The notes under the pieces: generated by a model | The model's database searches: none | Told to the model about the DNA's origin: nothing | Seen by the model: only the letters and a program-made list of their open reading frames with translations | Program-made: the position numbers and the translations under genes | Shown here: piece after piece, positions 47,492-60,487 of the stretch | Position numbering within the stretch: position 1 is the first letter of the stretch | Layout: each line of letters opens with the position of its first letter | NCBI GenBank assembly: GCA_964187785.1 | Contig: OZ076421.1 | Coordinates: 54,436,001-54,500,000, forward strand | DNA: 64,000 bases | Reading direction: 5' to 3' | Source: Amphiscolops sp. MND2022 | Lineage: Eukaryota

Positions 47492-50042
47492 TGTGGCAGA
47501 GCGCAAGCTCTCGCAGCTGAACCTGAATTAGCAGGTTGTTGCTGAACACAACTGTGATAAAGAATCTGAGTGAAAATATCATTGCCACATGGACTTCGAG
47601 TTAAAAAAATACAGTTGCCTAATTGAACTCTATTCACTCATCACTTTTATCAATCAATTGATAGCACCAGAATTAGCAGAAGTTTACATGGAGTTGTTGA
47701 GTCCTTTAACATGGCGCTGCGAGACATTTCTGCAAGTGGAGAGATGCCAACATCTGGTGGTTCGTCAGCTGTAGTGGGATTGCAAGCTCTCTGGGATTCG
47801 ACGCTTACAGCACCTAAAACAGAATGGGTTGAATGGTGGGGCAACTTTATGGTTGCTGCTACCATTGCAAACTTTTCAATTTCAGTCAACGAAATACTAC
47901 GAACAGCAACGGAACAACAGCCAAGATTAGCCGCACTAATAAACAACTTGAATGAACAAGCCGCAGAAATGAAATTAGTAATATTTCTGTCATTAGGACT
48001 GGCGGCAATTAGAAGTCTAACAGACAAATTCCCAGACATGCGAGTTGCACAAAATCGCTGAACCAGATGGAGGAAAACTGAACAAGCGTTTATAAAACTG
48101 CCAAACAGAACATTGGAGAGATACAAGTTTTTCTCACGAAAACGAAAATCACACGAAACGCTCCGCCAATTTTGACACACGTTAACAAGTTGAAATATTA
48201 CAAAACCTTGGGAGTTATACGTTTGCCTCCCAATTTGAAGCCGAACACTTGATACAAAAAATCATCCGATTATTGAAAAAACCCGATGCAACCAAAATTA
48301 ATCGCGTTCCCGCTCCGTGGCGAGAAAATTTCAAATGTCTCTGCCTCGATTCCAATAACTTCCTATATATGGATGAAAGGCTAGTTATTGCCAAGTTATT
48401 TCGACCGAATTTACTACGCAGCCTGCATTACGGGCACTCAGGCCGTGACAGTATGTTGGCGACCGTCAGCAACGTGTGGTGGCCCCGCCTCCACAGAAAA
48501 GTGGTCGGAATTGCGCAAACCTGTCAGCGATGCAAAACAGCCGTTAAGAATATCAAGACTATTCTAAGACAAAGCCATGTAGAAAAAATTCCCGCATGTA
48601 CCGAGAAAAACCAAGACATAGCAATTGACTTCGCAGAACCGTTCCAAAATGCCATAAAAGCTCGAAAGTACATATTAGTATCAATCGATCACTTTGCATC
48701 TTGGTCAGAAGCAAACTTCTTTCGCAAACCAAATACAGAAAAAGTAGTCCAGTTTGTACAAAATTTTATAACCAGGCACGGAATCTCAAAAACAATAAGG
48801 ACCGATCCAGCAACCATTTTTAGAAGCGCGATATTTAAAAATTTTGTAAGAAGTGGTACATAAATCACGTAGAATGCCCGATTAGAGATCATGGTGGAAA
48901 CGTGAAAACCGAAAGAATAATCCGTTCAATAAATGAGAGGCTAAGAACAAATAAGAAAGTAGTAGTAACATGGAATAAAACAAGGTTATCAGAAATACTT
49001 TTTGCTCTACGAATTAACCCGTCAGCGACGAAAAATCACCATACGAACGGTACACAGAACAAGAGCCCAACACAATAAAAAGAATAATAACTAACAAAAC
49101 AGCAACCATACAATTACCTTTCTACCAGCAGGTGGAACCCAAAAGACATTAATCTCCAAAAGAGATTTCGGAAAGATGAGGACGAGCAACCATGCAGCTC
49201 AAAATGGCTAATGCAGAGAGAAAAGCCACAAGCAGAAGAAAGGACAAACGAACGAAAAGAAACAGAAAACAACAGCATGCCAATTGAGAACGAAATGCCA
49301 CATGAGAACGAAATTACAGAAGAACAAAAATTAACCAATCAGAACGAAGCAATCAACAAGAAGTCAATGAAGGGGAAGAATGCAATCGAGAAAATGAGAG
49401 AGTTGAAAAAGAAAGCTAAAAGACAACAAAAGAAGGACGAACTGCGAAAGGAGAAAGAATTGCTGAACCAACTGGAAACATTTATATCAGAATTGGAAGA
49501 AGAAATTAACAGCGGAGAACAGACGAACACCGATAAGGAGGAAGGAAAAGAAGAAGCCGACAACCAAGAAGAACAAAAACAATCGACAAAAAGACGAGGG
49601 GAAAGTGCAAGGAAGAATAATGGTTTCTCAATTATCCCCGTTAGGAGAAACCGAACAAGAGGAAAACTAAAAAAGTCAACAGCAAAACAAAAAACCAAAT
49701 AATTTGATGTCAAGTAACTACCATTGCATATATCTTAAACATATGTAAACGAACTGTTGTAAATTTAGTTACCAGTTACCTGGAAAGTAATACAAGTATA
49801 ACTTCGTGTTAAACCGGGGGATGTGGCAGAGCGTAAGCTCTCGCAGCCGAACCTGAAATAGCAGGTTGTTAATAAACACAACCGTAATAAAGAATCTGAG
49901 TGAAATGATCACTACCATATGGACTTCGAGTTAAAAAAAATACAGTTGCCTAATTGAACCCTATTCACTCATCACTTTTATCAATCAAATGATAGCACCA
50001 GAATTAGCAGAAGTTTACGTGGAGTTGTTGAGTCCTTTAACA
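47492..50042 (+). mobile_element. Internally deleted Ty3/Gypsy LTR element (LTR-PBS-gag N-terminus-integrase-PPT-LTR)
   Basis: LTRs at 47492-47711 and 49822-50042 (TG...CA; about 17 differences by manual count). PBS TGGCGCTGCGAG (tRNA-Ser-like); PPT ccggggga; TSD GTTAG/GTTCG. Integrase LHYGHSG..WWPRL..CQRC, IAIDF, IRTDP. No PR, RT or RH. Confidence 0.93.
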
Positions 50043-51156
50043 GTTCGATTTTTGTTGAAAAAACTTAATACATTTTAGATACAACGCTTTCAAATTGGAC
50101 AAATCGCCTGTATTCTTCTGACTTTTCATCAGGAAATGATATCAGTTTTGCGCAAGTTTGTAAGTTTGTAAATACCTTTTGTCAGAAAACGGAATACGTT
50201 TAGATTCTTGCGAAAAAGTGCAAAAATTGGATATAAGTTAGTTTCGAACCTCTACGTCTTCCCTGGCAAAATAATTTCGAATATAACGTCAACGACAAAC
50301 AAGAAAATTTGGTCTCAGGCGGGTTCAACATGTATAATGTTTTTAGGCGGTTCCATGTATTTTTGTTTCTATAACACCTACTCTTTTTGCTGAGACAGGT
50401 TATTTTGGCAAAACAATTCGAGGCTTTATCCGTTGTTCTTCTTGTTGCAAAATTTAGTCAATCATGTAGAAAACTAAAGAAAACACGATTTGATTTTCGC
50501 ACTTCTGTGAAGCCCTTTCAACTTGATTCTTTTTGTCATTTCACAGTGAAATCCGCAAAATCCGTTCCTTTCGAAACTCCTATAATCGAACTAATTACTG
50601 CACAGCAAACAGTTTACATGTTTCCAAGATACCATGGTACAATACTTCCTTTTGTTAACTTGTTGTTCGTTATCTCTTACGCCTCTCGCCACGTTGTGAA
50701 ATACATTCCAGCAGGCATGGCAATAAATCACGGCGTGAATATTCGTGTAATCCGGTGGGTTTCATCTAATCAAACTGTGCTGTGAACTACCGTGTAAGGG
50801 ATTGATTTTAACAACTCGCGGCGCAAAAGTTAACATTTGCTGAAATCCAGGCATGAAATGTAAAGTATCAAGACTTGATGTAAAAACAAAAATCTCTAGA
50901 TCTTCATAATTTTTCCTTTCAAATGGATTGAAAAAAAACCGTAATTTAAGTAGTTTTTTGCCTAAAAATCAAGAAGTTCTCTGATTATTTTTACTGTAAA
51001 AAAGAGACATTTTCAGCGTAAATGAGGAAATGTTCCGCAATTACCTGCCATGCCTTCAAGTTGTCATTAAATAATTTACTTGGAAGCATTGGATACCAAC
51101 AACAATCAATTAAATCCAAACATTCTTTATCAATTAAAAATTTTAAAAGAATTTCA

Positions 51157-51316
51157 ATGGCCCAACGTAATGATATCCCAGAAGGAGATTTGGAATTTTA
51201 CAAAGAGCTGAATGAGTTCGAGATACGATTGCCCGGTAATGTACGGGCAACTTTCTCTTGTGATGGAACTTGGCTACAAATGGCAAAACAACGGTATCCG
51301 AAATGGAGAGACCAGG
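51157..51316 (+). CDS. Exon 1 of the NERD-helicase gene
   Basis: ATG at 51157 gives MAQRNDIPEG...MAKQRYPKWRDQ. The GT donor at 51317 is phase 1, compatible with the acceptor at 53449. Confidence 0.5.
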
Positions 51317-52099
51317 GTTGAAAAATATGTTTCAACCTAAGAACAATTGACCGAATCTTGGTCCAAATCCTAGTCGAGCAGTTTTTTGGCAAAAAATAGA
51401 GCAAAATTATTGTGGAATCATTTTCGAAACCAATTTGTTTTCAATTTTAGAATTTTTTTCAGGCTTTGATTTTTTCACTTGAGAGTTCAAGCAAATCAAA
51501 TTGTCAAAGAAACTAGACAAAATTAACAAGAGTGTAATTCAAGTTATGGACCATAATTGGGTTTCCATGAATTTTGGATGACTCTTTTTCTCAATGAAAT
51601 CAAATTTTAACATGACGGAAATAAGGTAAAAAGTTACCCATGTTTTCGGTCTTTGCAAATTTTGGCGAGAACCTTGAAGATATGTGCAGATTCGGAAAAA
51701 ATGACCAACTCAGAAACACAATAAAAACCTCACAGGGATGTTAAACGAATAATGAAAATGTAGGATTTGAAGATTGTAAAAATTAGCCAAAAGCAACAAA
51801 AACGAGTTGCGGCGAGCCCTCGTAAGGACCATAGTTGACGTTCATCAAATAAATGTCAAAAGCACGGCAAGCCTGGCTCAAGCAGAACACAGAAGGAACC
51901 CACAGCTTCTTAAAATAGTTTGATATATCTCGGGTGTACTAGAGCTCGGATGTTTAGAGTAAGTCAAAAGCTCATTTCAAACTAAGAACAACTTTGGGCA
52001 AATGAAACAAAATGTTTAATTCACGAGTTCGCCTTCCTCAACAAAGCCTTAGAAGTGTCTTCGCAGGACGAGCCTCCTCACTGACATCGTCGTGTAAAT

Positions 52100-52660
52100 G
52101 ATTAGAGGTTGTAAAAAAGTTGGAACTCTTGACAGACCCATGTTCTCGTTCGACGTTTGCAGGGCTCGTTGATGCTCTGCAAAAAGCTTGTAATCGTCTG
52201 TTGCAGGTCACGCAGGGTGTTGTCCGCGCATCTTTTGGCCAGCACTGTCAAGAACGACGTCGCACTGGTTGCGAATCTGCTGCTTGTTTCTATGTCTAGG
52301 GGTATAAAGTCAATTCCGCTTTGTTTGCAAGGCTCAGCTGATGCGGCGAACATTCGCTCTCCAACCAAATTCACGTAAATCCTCTATCTTTCACCGCCCT
52401 GTTATTGACGGATACTGCAATATACGGATATAGTTAGGGTAACGTATAGAGTTTCGGTTTGGGTCTCGCTCAGATGTGGTAGTTATTATAGAAGGGCAGT
52501 CATTGTCAGTGTTTTTTTCTACAGGAACTGCTCCAGCGACCCAGGAGAGCCAATGTGCGAACCCATTAGTCAACCCCTCCTGTAGGGAGCGATCAATGTT
52601 TCCGGGGAAGTCTGACAAGTTGGTGTCGGTAGGCCAGAACAGTTTGCATTTCCAAATTTT
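52100..52660 (-). mobile_element. Fragment resembling the C-terminus of an RLE-type (CRE-like) non-LTR retrotransposon, in intron 1
   Basis: GIDFIPLDIETSSRFATSATSFLTVLAKRCAD..ITSFLQ resembles the FxPlaxEtxG..a..fL..la.r tail of CRE-like elements. Confidence 0.4.
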
Positions 52661-53164
52661 CACTTCGAGCCCAGACTGTATTCATTCAGAAAATGAATTA
52701 TCACACGCTTTCAGTTAATCCGTTCCAACCAATGAAGATACCGTCGTCTAAGTACCCAATGTGTATCGAGAGCGAGCACGATGCATTGATGTGCGCAACG
52801 AGTGTGTTTAGGGGTAACGCAAGACGCAGTGGAACAAGAGGATCACTTTGTAAAACGCTTCACTTCTTAATTGTGAAACCGTGAAATTAGTCGAATAGGC
52901 TTTCGTCGCCATAATCGTACACCACCAAAACGTATTTGCTGGGAAAGTTAACTTTAACCTCGTTTGCGCATGTTTACCTGTCTACCAAATCCAATGCATT
53001 CATTCATTATTATCTATGACTCGAGAACTCGATCCAAAAATCCATGATCGTGGATGGTATTGCACGAGCAATTCATGACAGACTATCTGAAAAATCTGAC
53101 TTTTCAAAAACGGGTCGAATTGGTTCGATCATGATTATATTCCAGATCTTCAACCAAAAATGTG

Positions 53165-53240
53165 ACGCATCAGCACAGGTTCGAACCCATGACCTCGTGT
53201 CTGCATGGCAGACCCACTACCAACTGCGCTACGGTGTCCC
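53165..53240 (-). mobile_element. tRNA-derived SINE or tRNA pseudogene
   Basis: A box TAGCGCAGTTGG and B box GGTTCGAACC at tRNA spacing, but the T-stem and acceptor stem do not pair. Confidence 0.6.
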
Positions 53241-53449
53241 GACTATCGAAACAAATTAGTATTTACTAAATGGAGTAATAAAGTGGAGAATTGGCAGAAT
53301 TTGGAAAAAACGTAACACAGATTATGATTTTTCGCCCCCATTAAATGTGGGCGTAAAATGATATTGACAGACAGCCAAGAAATACTTTCTTCTATTGTGA
53401 TTTTCGTCCCCAATAATTCAACCCTGCGAACCAGGCCGAGTGACGTCAG

Positions 53450-53688
53450 TTCCAGTGTCAAGAGTCCCGAAGCTGTTCATAGACAGCGAGCAAATGCATG
53501 AAGACCTAAAGAAAGAAGTCAAACTTACCACAAAAGGGGAAGAAGCCGAGCAGTTGCTGTACCAGTTATTTATAAAAAACTCTGGTTCAAAAATGCATTC
53601 CTTACAAAAGTATTCAAAATTTTTTGTTTTTGCTCTTCCGAAAATATCGTTGAAATCATTGGAGAAATAACTGGCGAGAACGTTCAAG
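53450..53688 (+). CDS. Exon 2 of the NERD-helicase gene (contains a -1 frameshift in a T run)
   Basis: VPVSRVPKLFIDSEQ..TKGEEAEQLLYQLF, then in a shifted frame CSSENIVEIIGEITGENVQ|G. Strong donor AAG|GTATAG, phase 1, matching the acceptor at 54839. Confidence 0.7.
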
Positions 53689-54269
53689 GTATAGTTTTTT
53701 TGAGAGGACACTTGAAAACTTTAACACAAAATTTCAAACCTTCAGCAGTTGAGAAAGTTTTTTTCAAATGCCTTTTAGCAATTTTCTGGTTATCACAACA
53801 AAATCATAGAACTACAAAATTGACGTCTGATGAAAAAGTCATGATTTCCATGGTGATATAACAAACCCTGCATAAGATTTTTTCATTTTTTAAATACTAG
53901 TGCTTCCGAACACTAGCCGAACTTTTTACCAGCAAAAACTTGGAAAAAATGGACTGCTTGTTCGTTTGTCAAATTATTTACTTAACTTGTTAGGAACAAA
54001 AACCATTTCTTTACTTTTTCACGAAACTCTTACTTGGGTTTTTTGGAATTAGAACCTCAAGTATTATCTTTAAATGCCCGTACCGTTGAAAAAAGCAGGA
54101 ACGACATTAGCTAGATTACTGAGAAGCCAAGGATTAGAATTTTTGGACGCTTTATAACCTTGAATCGCAAATAACTTGTTTTTTTTTTCATTTCGTTTTT
54201 TTTTCGCTGGGAACTTGATATTGTTAGGATCCCAAATGAAACGATCTCCATTTGGAATGATTTTGAAGA

Positions 54270-54670
54270 CCAAGATCTTTAACTGTTAGGATCGTCAATT
54301 ACCAAAAAGTTGAATTGAGATTAGGAATAAAAAAGCATTTGAATTGTCAAGATTTTGAACTGCCATTTTTCTGAGCAACGGGATCTTGAACTGCCAGGAT
54401 GTCCATTTGAGATGATCTTGAATAGCTAGTGTCTCAAATCAAAAGGATCTCGAATAACAAGGCTTTCTAACACTGCATTGTCAGGATCTTAGAACGACAG
54501 GCTTTAGAACTGTCATGATATCGAATTCAGAGCTTTTAGATTGACTAGAATTTTTAAAATGACAGGAGTTCGAATTGAAAAGATTACGCGTTTTCAGGAT
54601 CTCCAATAGACGGTATCTTGGGTTGAGAAGAGCTTGAATTGGCAGGATCTCAAGTTGGGAAGACCATGCA
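54270..54670. repeat. Degenerate ~20-bp minisatellite in intron 2
   Basis: Recurrent aggatct(t/c)gaa..g..aggat-like units. Confidence 0.55.
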
Positions 54671-54839
54671 AGTTCAGGATTTCGAAATGGAAGTCTCTTG
54701 AATTGTCACGTTTTTGAGAAGTGAGGGTTGTTTGAGAATCCAATCAATATCTGCGTGAATTTTTTTATAATGTCTGAGAGCATTGCAAGTGTTTGTAAAA
54801 GTGATGTAATTTGAGAAGAAATGCATTTTTGGTTGACAG

Positions 54840-55594
54840 GAGAACCGTTCAAAGTTAAAGATCAACCTGGAGTAATGATTTTCCCAAACTTTGATGGTTC
54901 TCACATCTTCAAATCTCAAGTTGCCCATGTTGAAATTGACATGATTCTTATTCATCCCACGAAAGGAGTTTTTGTTTTCAACGTGAAAAACAAAGGTAGC
55001 TCCAGAAAATGTACCAAGGAGAAACAATGTGTCAGAGACGATATCGAAAAGCATACAAAGTTCATTCGCTTGCTTATAAACTACACTTCGGAAGTTGCTG
55101 ATACTAATCTTCCAATACACTCAGTAATTTGTGATTTCGCGAGCGAAAAATCCATACATGCTGATTTGGAGAAGAAAAAAGTCCTGGTTCTTCGGAAGAA
55201 TGATCTCACAAAAACGAATTTTGTCAAATCATGGTGCTCTAAACTAGCCGACGTTGAGTGCAAAGCGAATGCCAAGGACGTCGACTTGCTTGCTGCTCGA
55301 TTGATAGCTCTTGCTTCGATCGAAGGAGCGGCAGTTTTGATAAGCGACAAACTGAAAAGAGGCCTACTTCAATCTGTCTCTAATTTGGAACGATTAGAAA
55401 CCCAGTTGAAACCATACGATGCAAAGGATTTCATAGCAAAAATTTCTGAACTCTCCAAAACTGAAAAATCGCAAAACAATGCTGATGAAGTGGAGTTTTT
55501 CTGTGGAGTAAAGACCAGCTGGAAGTTATTGGGAGAATTTATGCTCACCTAACAAAACAATTGAGAGGAGGAGGCGCACGAATTTTAGTCAAAG
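54840..55594 (+). CDS. Exon 3: NERD-like PD-(D/E)xK domain and linker up to the Walker A strand
   Basis: VEIDMILIHPTKGVFVFNVKN. After a -1 shift at T5 (55496-55500) it reads FLWSKDQLEVIGRIYAHLTKQLRGGGARILVK. Confidence 0.8.
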
Positions 55595-55664
55595 GCAGGG
55601 TTTCCTAGAATTTTATTAAAAATTACTCTTCAATACATGGTTCGACGTTTTTGAAAGTTGATAG

Positions 55665-58600
55665 TTTATTTCGTTAGATGGTAAATCAAATACAAGAATT
55701 GTATTATAGAAAGTACAGCATCTAACCAGGACAAAAAATGAGCATTATTGCTCTTTAAAATTTTTGCCCTTGAAAGCCACAATCATAGAATAAAATGCCT
55801 GAGTTTATTGGGAGAACTCAGTAAAACATATCAAATAGTCCCTTCCCGTCAAGGATATAATTAGTTCTTATTTTATCCAGGTGCATTTTAACTTGTTGTT
55901 TGCTGTACCTCTTGATGTCTTCCGGTATCAAACTCATCAACTTCAGCCAGTTATAAGCCTTTGTTAAGACATTTTTTAGGCTTCTCTCTTTCAGAACAGT
56001 TCTCTTTGAAAGAGCTGGTAGCAGCACTTTTCTGTTTCTAGTAGTGTTGTAATCGTGATGGTTGCAGTTAAACTTCAAAAATTCATTCGGCGATTCTCCA
56101 CGTATTTGTTTAAAGACTTCAATGAAGACTTCATGAATGAACATTTCATACACATTGCTTAAGCAATTAGTACTATAAATTTGAGACAATGAGTCATATT
56201 TTGTTTGAAATAAATAGCTCTCAGAATTCTTCTTTGGGCAGAATCAATGCTTCTTAAGGTGGTCTTCAATGCCCTTCCGTATATTATCAGTCCATACCGT
56301 ATCACAGACTCTGCAAAAGCTTTATAAAACATAAGGAGATGCTTTTTTATATATAAATCGCGCACTAATAAAAAATTATAAATTATTCTGCTAAACATGC
56401 TCAAGTTTTTTTGTAACGTAACCGATGTGATATTTAAAGGTTAAATTTTCATCAACATAGACACCCAAACATTTGCAATGGGGTTTTCGTTCTGTTTTTT
56501 CTCCCAAAAGAGGTAATTCATAGCCAAAACTACGTCCGAAAGTCATAAATTCACATTTAGTTATATTAACTGATAAGGAATTTATTTGAAACCACGTGGA
56601 TAAGGATTCTATGTCATTATCTAATTGACGCTCACAATTGTGACCTGCATTCAAAATTGTAGTATCATCTGCGTATATCGCAACTTTGCTAGTATCACAT
56701 TGTTTCGGAAGGTCATTTATATACACAAGAAATAGGAAAGGACCCATGATGAAACCTTGAGGAACACCAAACTTGATTTGAAGTTTGCTTGACTTATATT
56801 TTTCACTTGAACAAATTGGAAACGATTCTTCAAATATACTTACAAAATTTTCAAAATAGGTCCTCTGAAGCCACAATCCGCAGGTTTTTGAAGGAGAATT
56901 CTATGATCTATTGAGTCGAAGGCCTTTTGGAAGTCGATAAATCAAGACACTCCGCTTTCCTTCTGATCAATTTTGTCCCGTATGATTTCAGTGATAATTT
57001 TAATTGCATTGCAGCACGAACGTTTTTTCCTGAAACCATATTGATGTTCAGAGAAGGAGTCGTTTTTAGAGAAAAATTTAGTCATTTGTTTCAGCAAAAT
57101 TGATTCAAAGATTTTCGAGATTGGGCTCAGAAGACTTATAGGCCTGTAATTCTCAGGTTTGGTGTTATCGGCTTTTTTGTACATAGCAATTACTTTAGAA
57201 ATTTTCAGGGAGTTAGGAAATTGTCGTTCAAGAATACAATTATTGAAAGCTTCGCATAAATACTTTTCTATAAAAGGTGAACAGCACTTAAGTATTTCGT
57301 TACTAATACCATCATGACCTGTGCTTTTCTTGTTTCCCAGATTATTAAGTATTTTTCCAATTTCAACTTCATCTGTTTGTTTCAAGACCATTGTTTTTTC
57401 ACTTTTCTTAACTGAAGATTGATTTGAGTCTCTTTGAATATTTCCAGCTATTTTTTCGCCAACTGTTGAGAAAAAAGAATTAGGTTCGTCGGCTGCTAAA
57501 CTAACCGCTGGGTTATTATGAGTTTTTAGGGTTCGATAGACTGCCTTTGACGATGGATTTTCGCCCAGTTTTTTGAAGTTCGCTTCCCGTTTAGCTTCTC
57601 TGATCATCGATGTTACTTTATTTCTGAATTTTTTGTGTTTTACCCGCGTTTGATCGCTTGGATTCTTTACCCAATTTTGAAATAATTCATCTCGTTTCGA
57701 GATGGCATTTTTCAATTTGTTAGTGATCCAATCTGCACTATTCTTTGGTTTGGGATGTGTTTGGAGTGGTGCGAACCGGTTAACTGTCGACATAATATTT
57801 TCACCAATAAGTACCGATTGCTCATCCGCTTTCCTGTTATAGTCTATTCCTTTAAGTTTTTGATCTGGCAAAAATAAAAAGTTCAGGGTATTAGGATCTT
57901 TACTTTTTTTTAGATTTCGAGATTCGAGATGGGCACAGATTCGAAGGGATGATAGTTTTCGATGTCTTCAATTGAATCGTTCTCACTGAGCCAGGTTTCG
58001 GTGATCAGTATTAGTGCTGGGTCAGCATGTAGCGTTTTTAACAAAAGGATAAGTTCACCGTGATGGTATCTTAAAGATCTTATATTCAATCCCAAGAAGA
58101 AGGATTTCTCCCTTGCTATCAAAAATGTTTTTGTGGCTTTCAACTTTTGAACGTATTTATTGAGAAAAAAACTGAGAGGTTGGTGTTTCAGTTTCTTTGG
58201 ACACAGCAGGAGGCAAGCATAGGCAACATCAATCATTCGAAGAGCAATGAGTATCTCTAATTGCGGAGCTGAGTGAGCTGTATAAGTTTCCACAGTAGGC
58301 TGAATCTGTGACTGATTTCGAAAATTGTATACTTCTTTCATCAGAAGACTCTCGGAGGCATTTGAGAAAATCTGGCCAATCTGTTTTGTCCACTTTGCTA
58401 GCCTTCATCTTCCGTCCTCCCGTTTGAGAACTTATCTGTTGCACGTTGTTGAAACTACTTACCTGGCTGGTTGCTTTTTTGACCGCTTTGTATTGAAGAT
58501 CATCCACGCTTTTGAAACTAATTACGCCTACTGATTGTGCAATACCATTCGGTCCATATCGAAACACTCTCACCTGAGAATTCGAAGTTGTTGTCACTAA

Positions 58601-59340
58601 AACTTTTCCATCAGCAAAGTTTTTGATATCATTGTCTGTTTTTGATAGATATTCTTTTATCAGAATAGGTTTGTTGTTGAATTTGTTAGGGTTTCTCGCT
58701 AGCCATGCCTTTCTTTTGAAAACCTCCATTTTGTCATCAAAGTACACGAACTTAACGATTACTGCAGGTGGATAATTGTTTGACTTCCAAGGCGATAGAA
58801 AATGACAAGCTTTGAAGTTAGCTGGCTCTGTTTTGAAGTCCAGGAAACAGGCCAAAAAAGAACACATTTGATCTTCTAAGCGACAATTTTTGTCATTTAT
58901 CAGAGGAAAATTTTCAAAAATCAGAGAATCTTTCGAACTGTACCTTTCTTAAACTGCACACGACTTTCCAAGGAGCAAACACGTTCTTCCAATTCTTCTA
59001 TTTTTTGTCCTTCTCAGTTAAGTTTTTTACTAACTGACGAAGTAGCTGCTTGATAATGCCGTCGTAAAGCTGTTGAATCTGCTGATGTAAGTCGGTAAGA
59101 GTCTCCATTATTAACCAATTTGATAAACGGAATAGTTCGTTAACGGTAAGAATTTTGTTGATATTACGTAATGTTTCACATGCATTAATTTTTTGCTTGC
59201 TCTCACTGCTTGAATTCGATGCTTATCCAGCGCGCATCACAAACCGACCGTTTGTCAACAAAGCGTTTCTTCGTCGTTTTTCTAATCCTCCGAACTTCAG
59301 GCGATAGTAGCCCAGTCGAAACCTTTTGATCACATTTGAC
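55665..59340 (-). mobile_element. Near full-length LINE (CR1/L2/Jockey-like), antisense in intron 3
   Basis: ORF1 with coiled coil and FKACHFL..VIVKF (59100-58229); APE start LNIRSL..LITETWL; RT KSTGHDGI, NYRPISLLSPISKIFE, QYGFRK, GVPQG, YINDLP, YADD. Has frameshifts and a truncated endonuclease. Confidence 0.93.
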
Positions 59341-59411
59341 AAATAGATGTTTTAATCCGTTTCTTCATTTTAACTTTTCAATATTCACTTTCTATTGAAC
59401 CCTGATTACAG

Positions 59412-59651
59412 GTGGTAAAGGCACAGGAAAAACGATGTTACTAGTTTTCCTCGCCAAAATGGCACATATACTGCTGGAATCGAAACAAGAAGAAACCGAA
59501 ATATGTCCAGACGAGTCAGAACCGAATGAAGAAAAGAAAAACAAGAAAACGGCAGTTTTAGTGTGCAACGCTGATGTCACTTGTCGGAATTTTACAGCTG
59601 CTCTCCGAGATGCTCTAGAGTGCTTTGACGTCACTGTGGAGGATTTGAAAC
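59412..59651 (+). CDS. Exon 4: Walker A (GGKGTGKT) of an SF1-like NTPase
   Basis: Acceptor attacag|gt ggt aaa ggc aca gga aaa acg; donor c|gttagc at 59652. Confidence 0.8.
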
Positions 59652-60487
59652 GTTAGCCTACTGCACTAATTACCTTGAGCTAAATTCATCTCATTCAATC
59701 AACAGGGATGTCGTTTCTTAAAAACCTAACTGCAAAAAAATACATCACAAAATTCCAAAATTCGAAAGTTTTTGGCTAATTAAATACTTTCTAAAATCTT
59801 ATCAATATTCACAAAACGATGTTTTGTTGTTTTAACACTTGCGCACAAAAATTTGGATTAAAAACAGAAACCTGACATTTTCTGGTTCATTTTAAGCTTT
59901 TCCACGTTTACCTCCATGAAGATTTCTCTCTACAAAAGGTATGTAGCTACTTTTCGATTTGCTGTCGAACTCTCTGAATACTCATGCACATGGACACACT
60001 CAATAAGGATACACGAATTGCATGAAGCGTTCAAAAACTGGAAACGTTGACACTTTTTGCTTACTTAAAGCAATTTTTGAGAGAAATTTTTCAGACAATC
60101 AAATTAGATATGTAATGGTGCGTTTTGTACTTGAACTCTCTGGATACATACATCTACCAGAAAAACAACCAAAAAGTATACACAAAATGCATGGGAGGTC
60201 TCGGGTTTCCCTTCCATACAAAGACTTCAGAAACAATCTGCCCAATAATTACAGTATCATTTGAGGCTAATTTTAGTCCGCTGACATGGAACGGTATGAT
60301 TTTAACAGATTTGGCTGTGGTTACAAACTTCCTGTTGACTGGACCAAATAAGGTTCGGTCTTGCTCCATGGTTGGTCTAGCTTCATGAAGAACAAGTTTG
60401 CTTTGCGGAGTCAATCAATTGAAACAAGATGCCCGCTAAGCACCGGGATATTTTCCTCCCTTTTCGCCTTCATCACTTGAGCCATAG

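Noticed and set aside
53165-53240. Functional tRNA gene
   Set aside because: A and B boxes are present, but the T-stem and acceptor stem do not pair.
59707-59765. Extra small exon RMSFLKNLTAK after caacag
   Set aside because: No phase-compatible donor; exon 4 splices in phase directly to 61477. Not excluded without cDNA.
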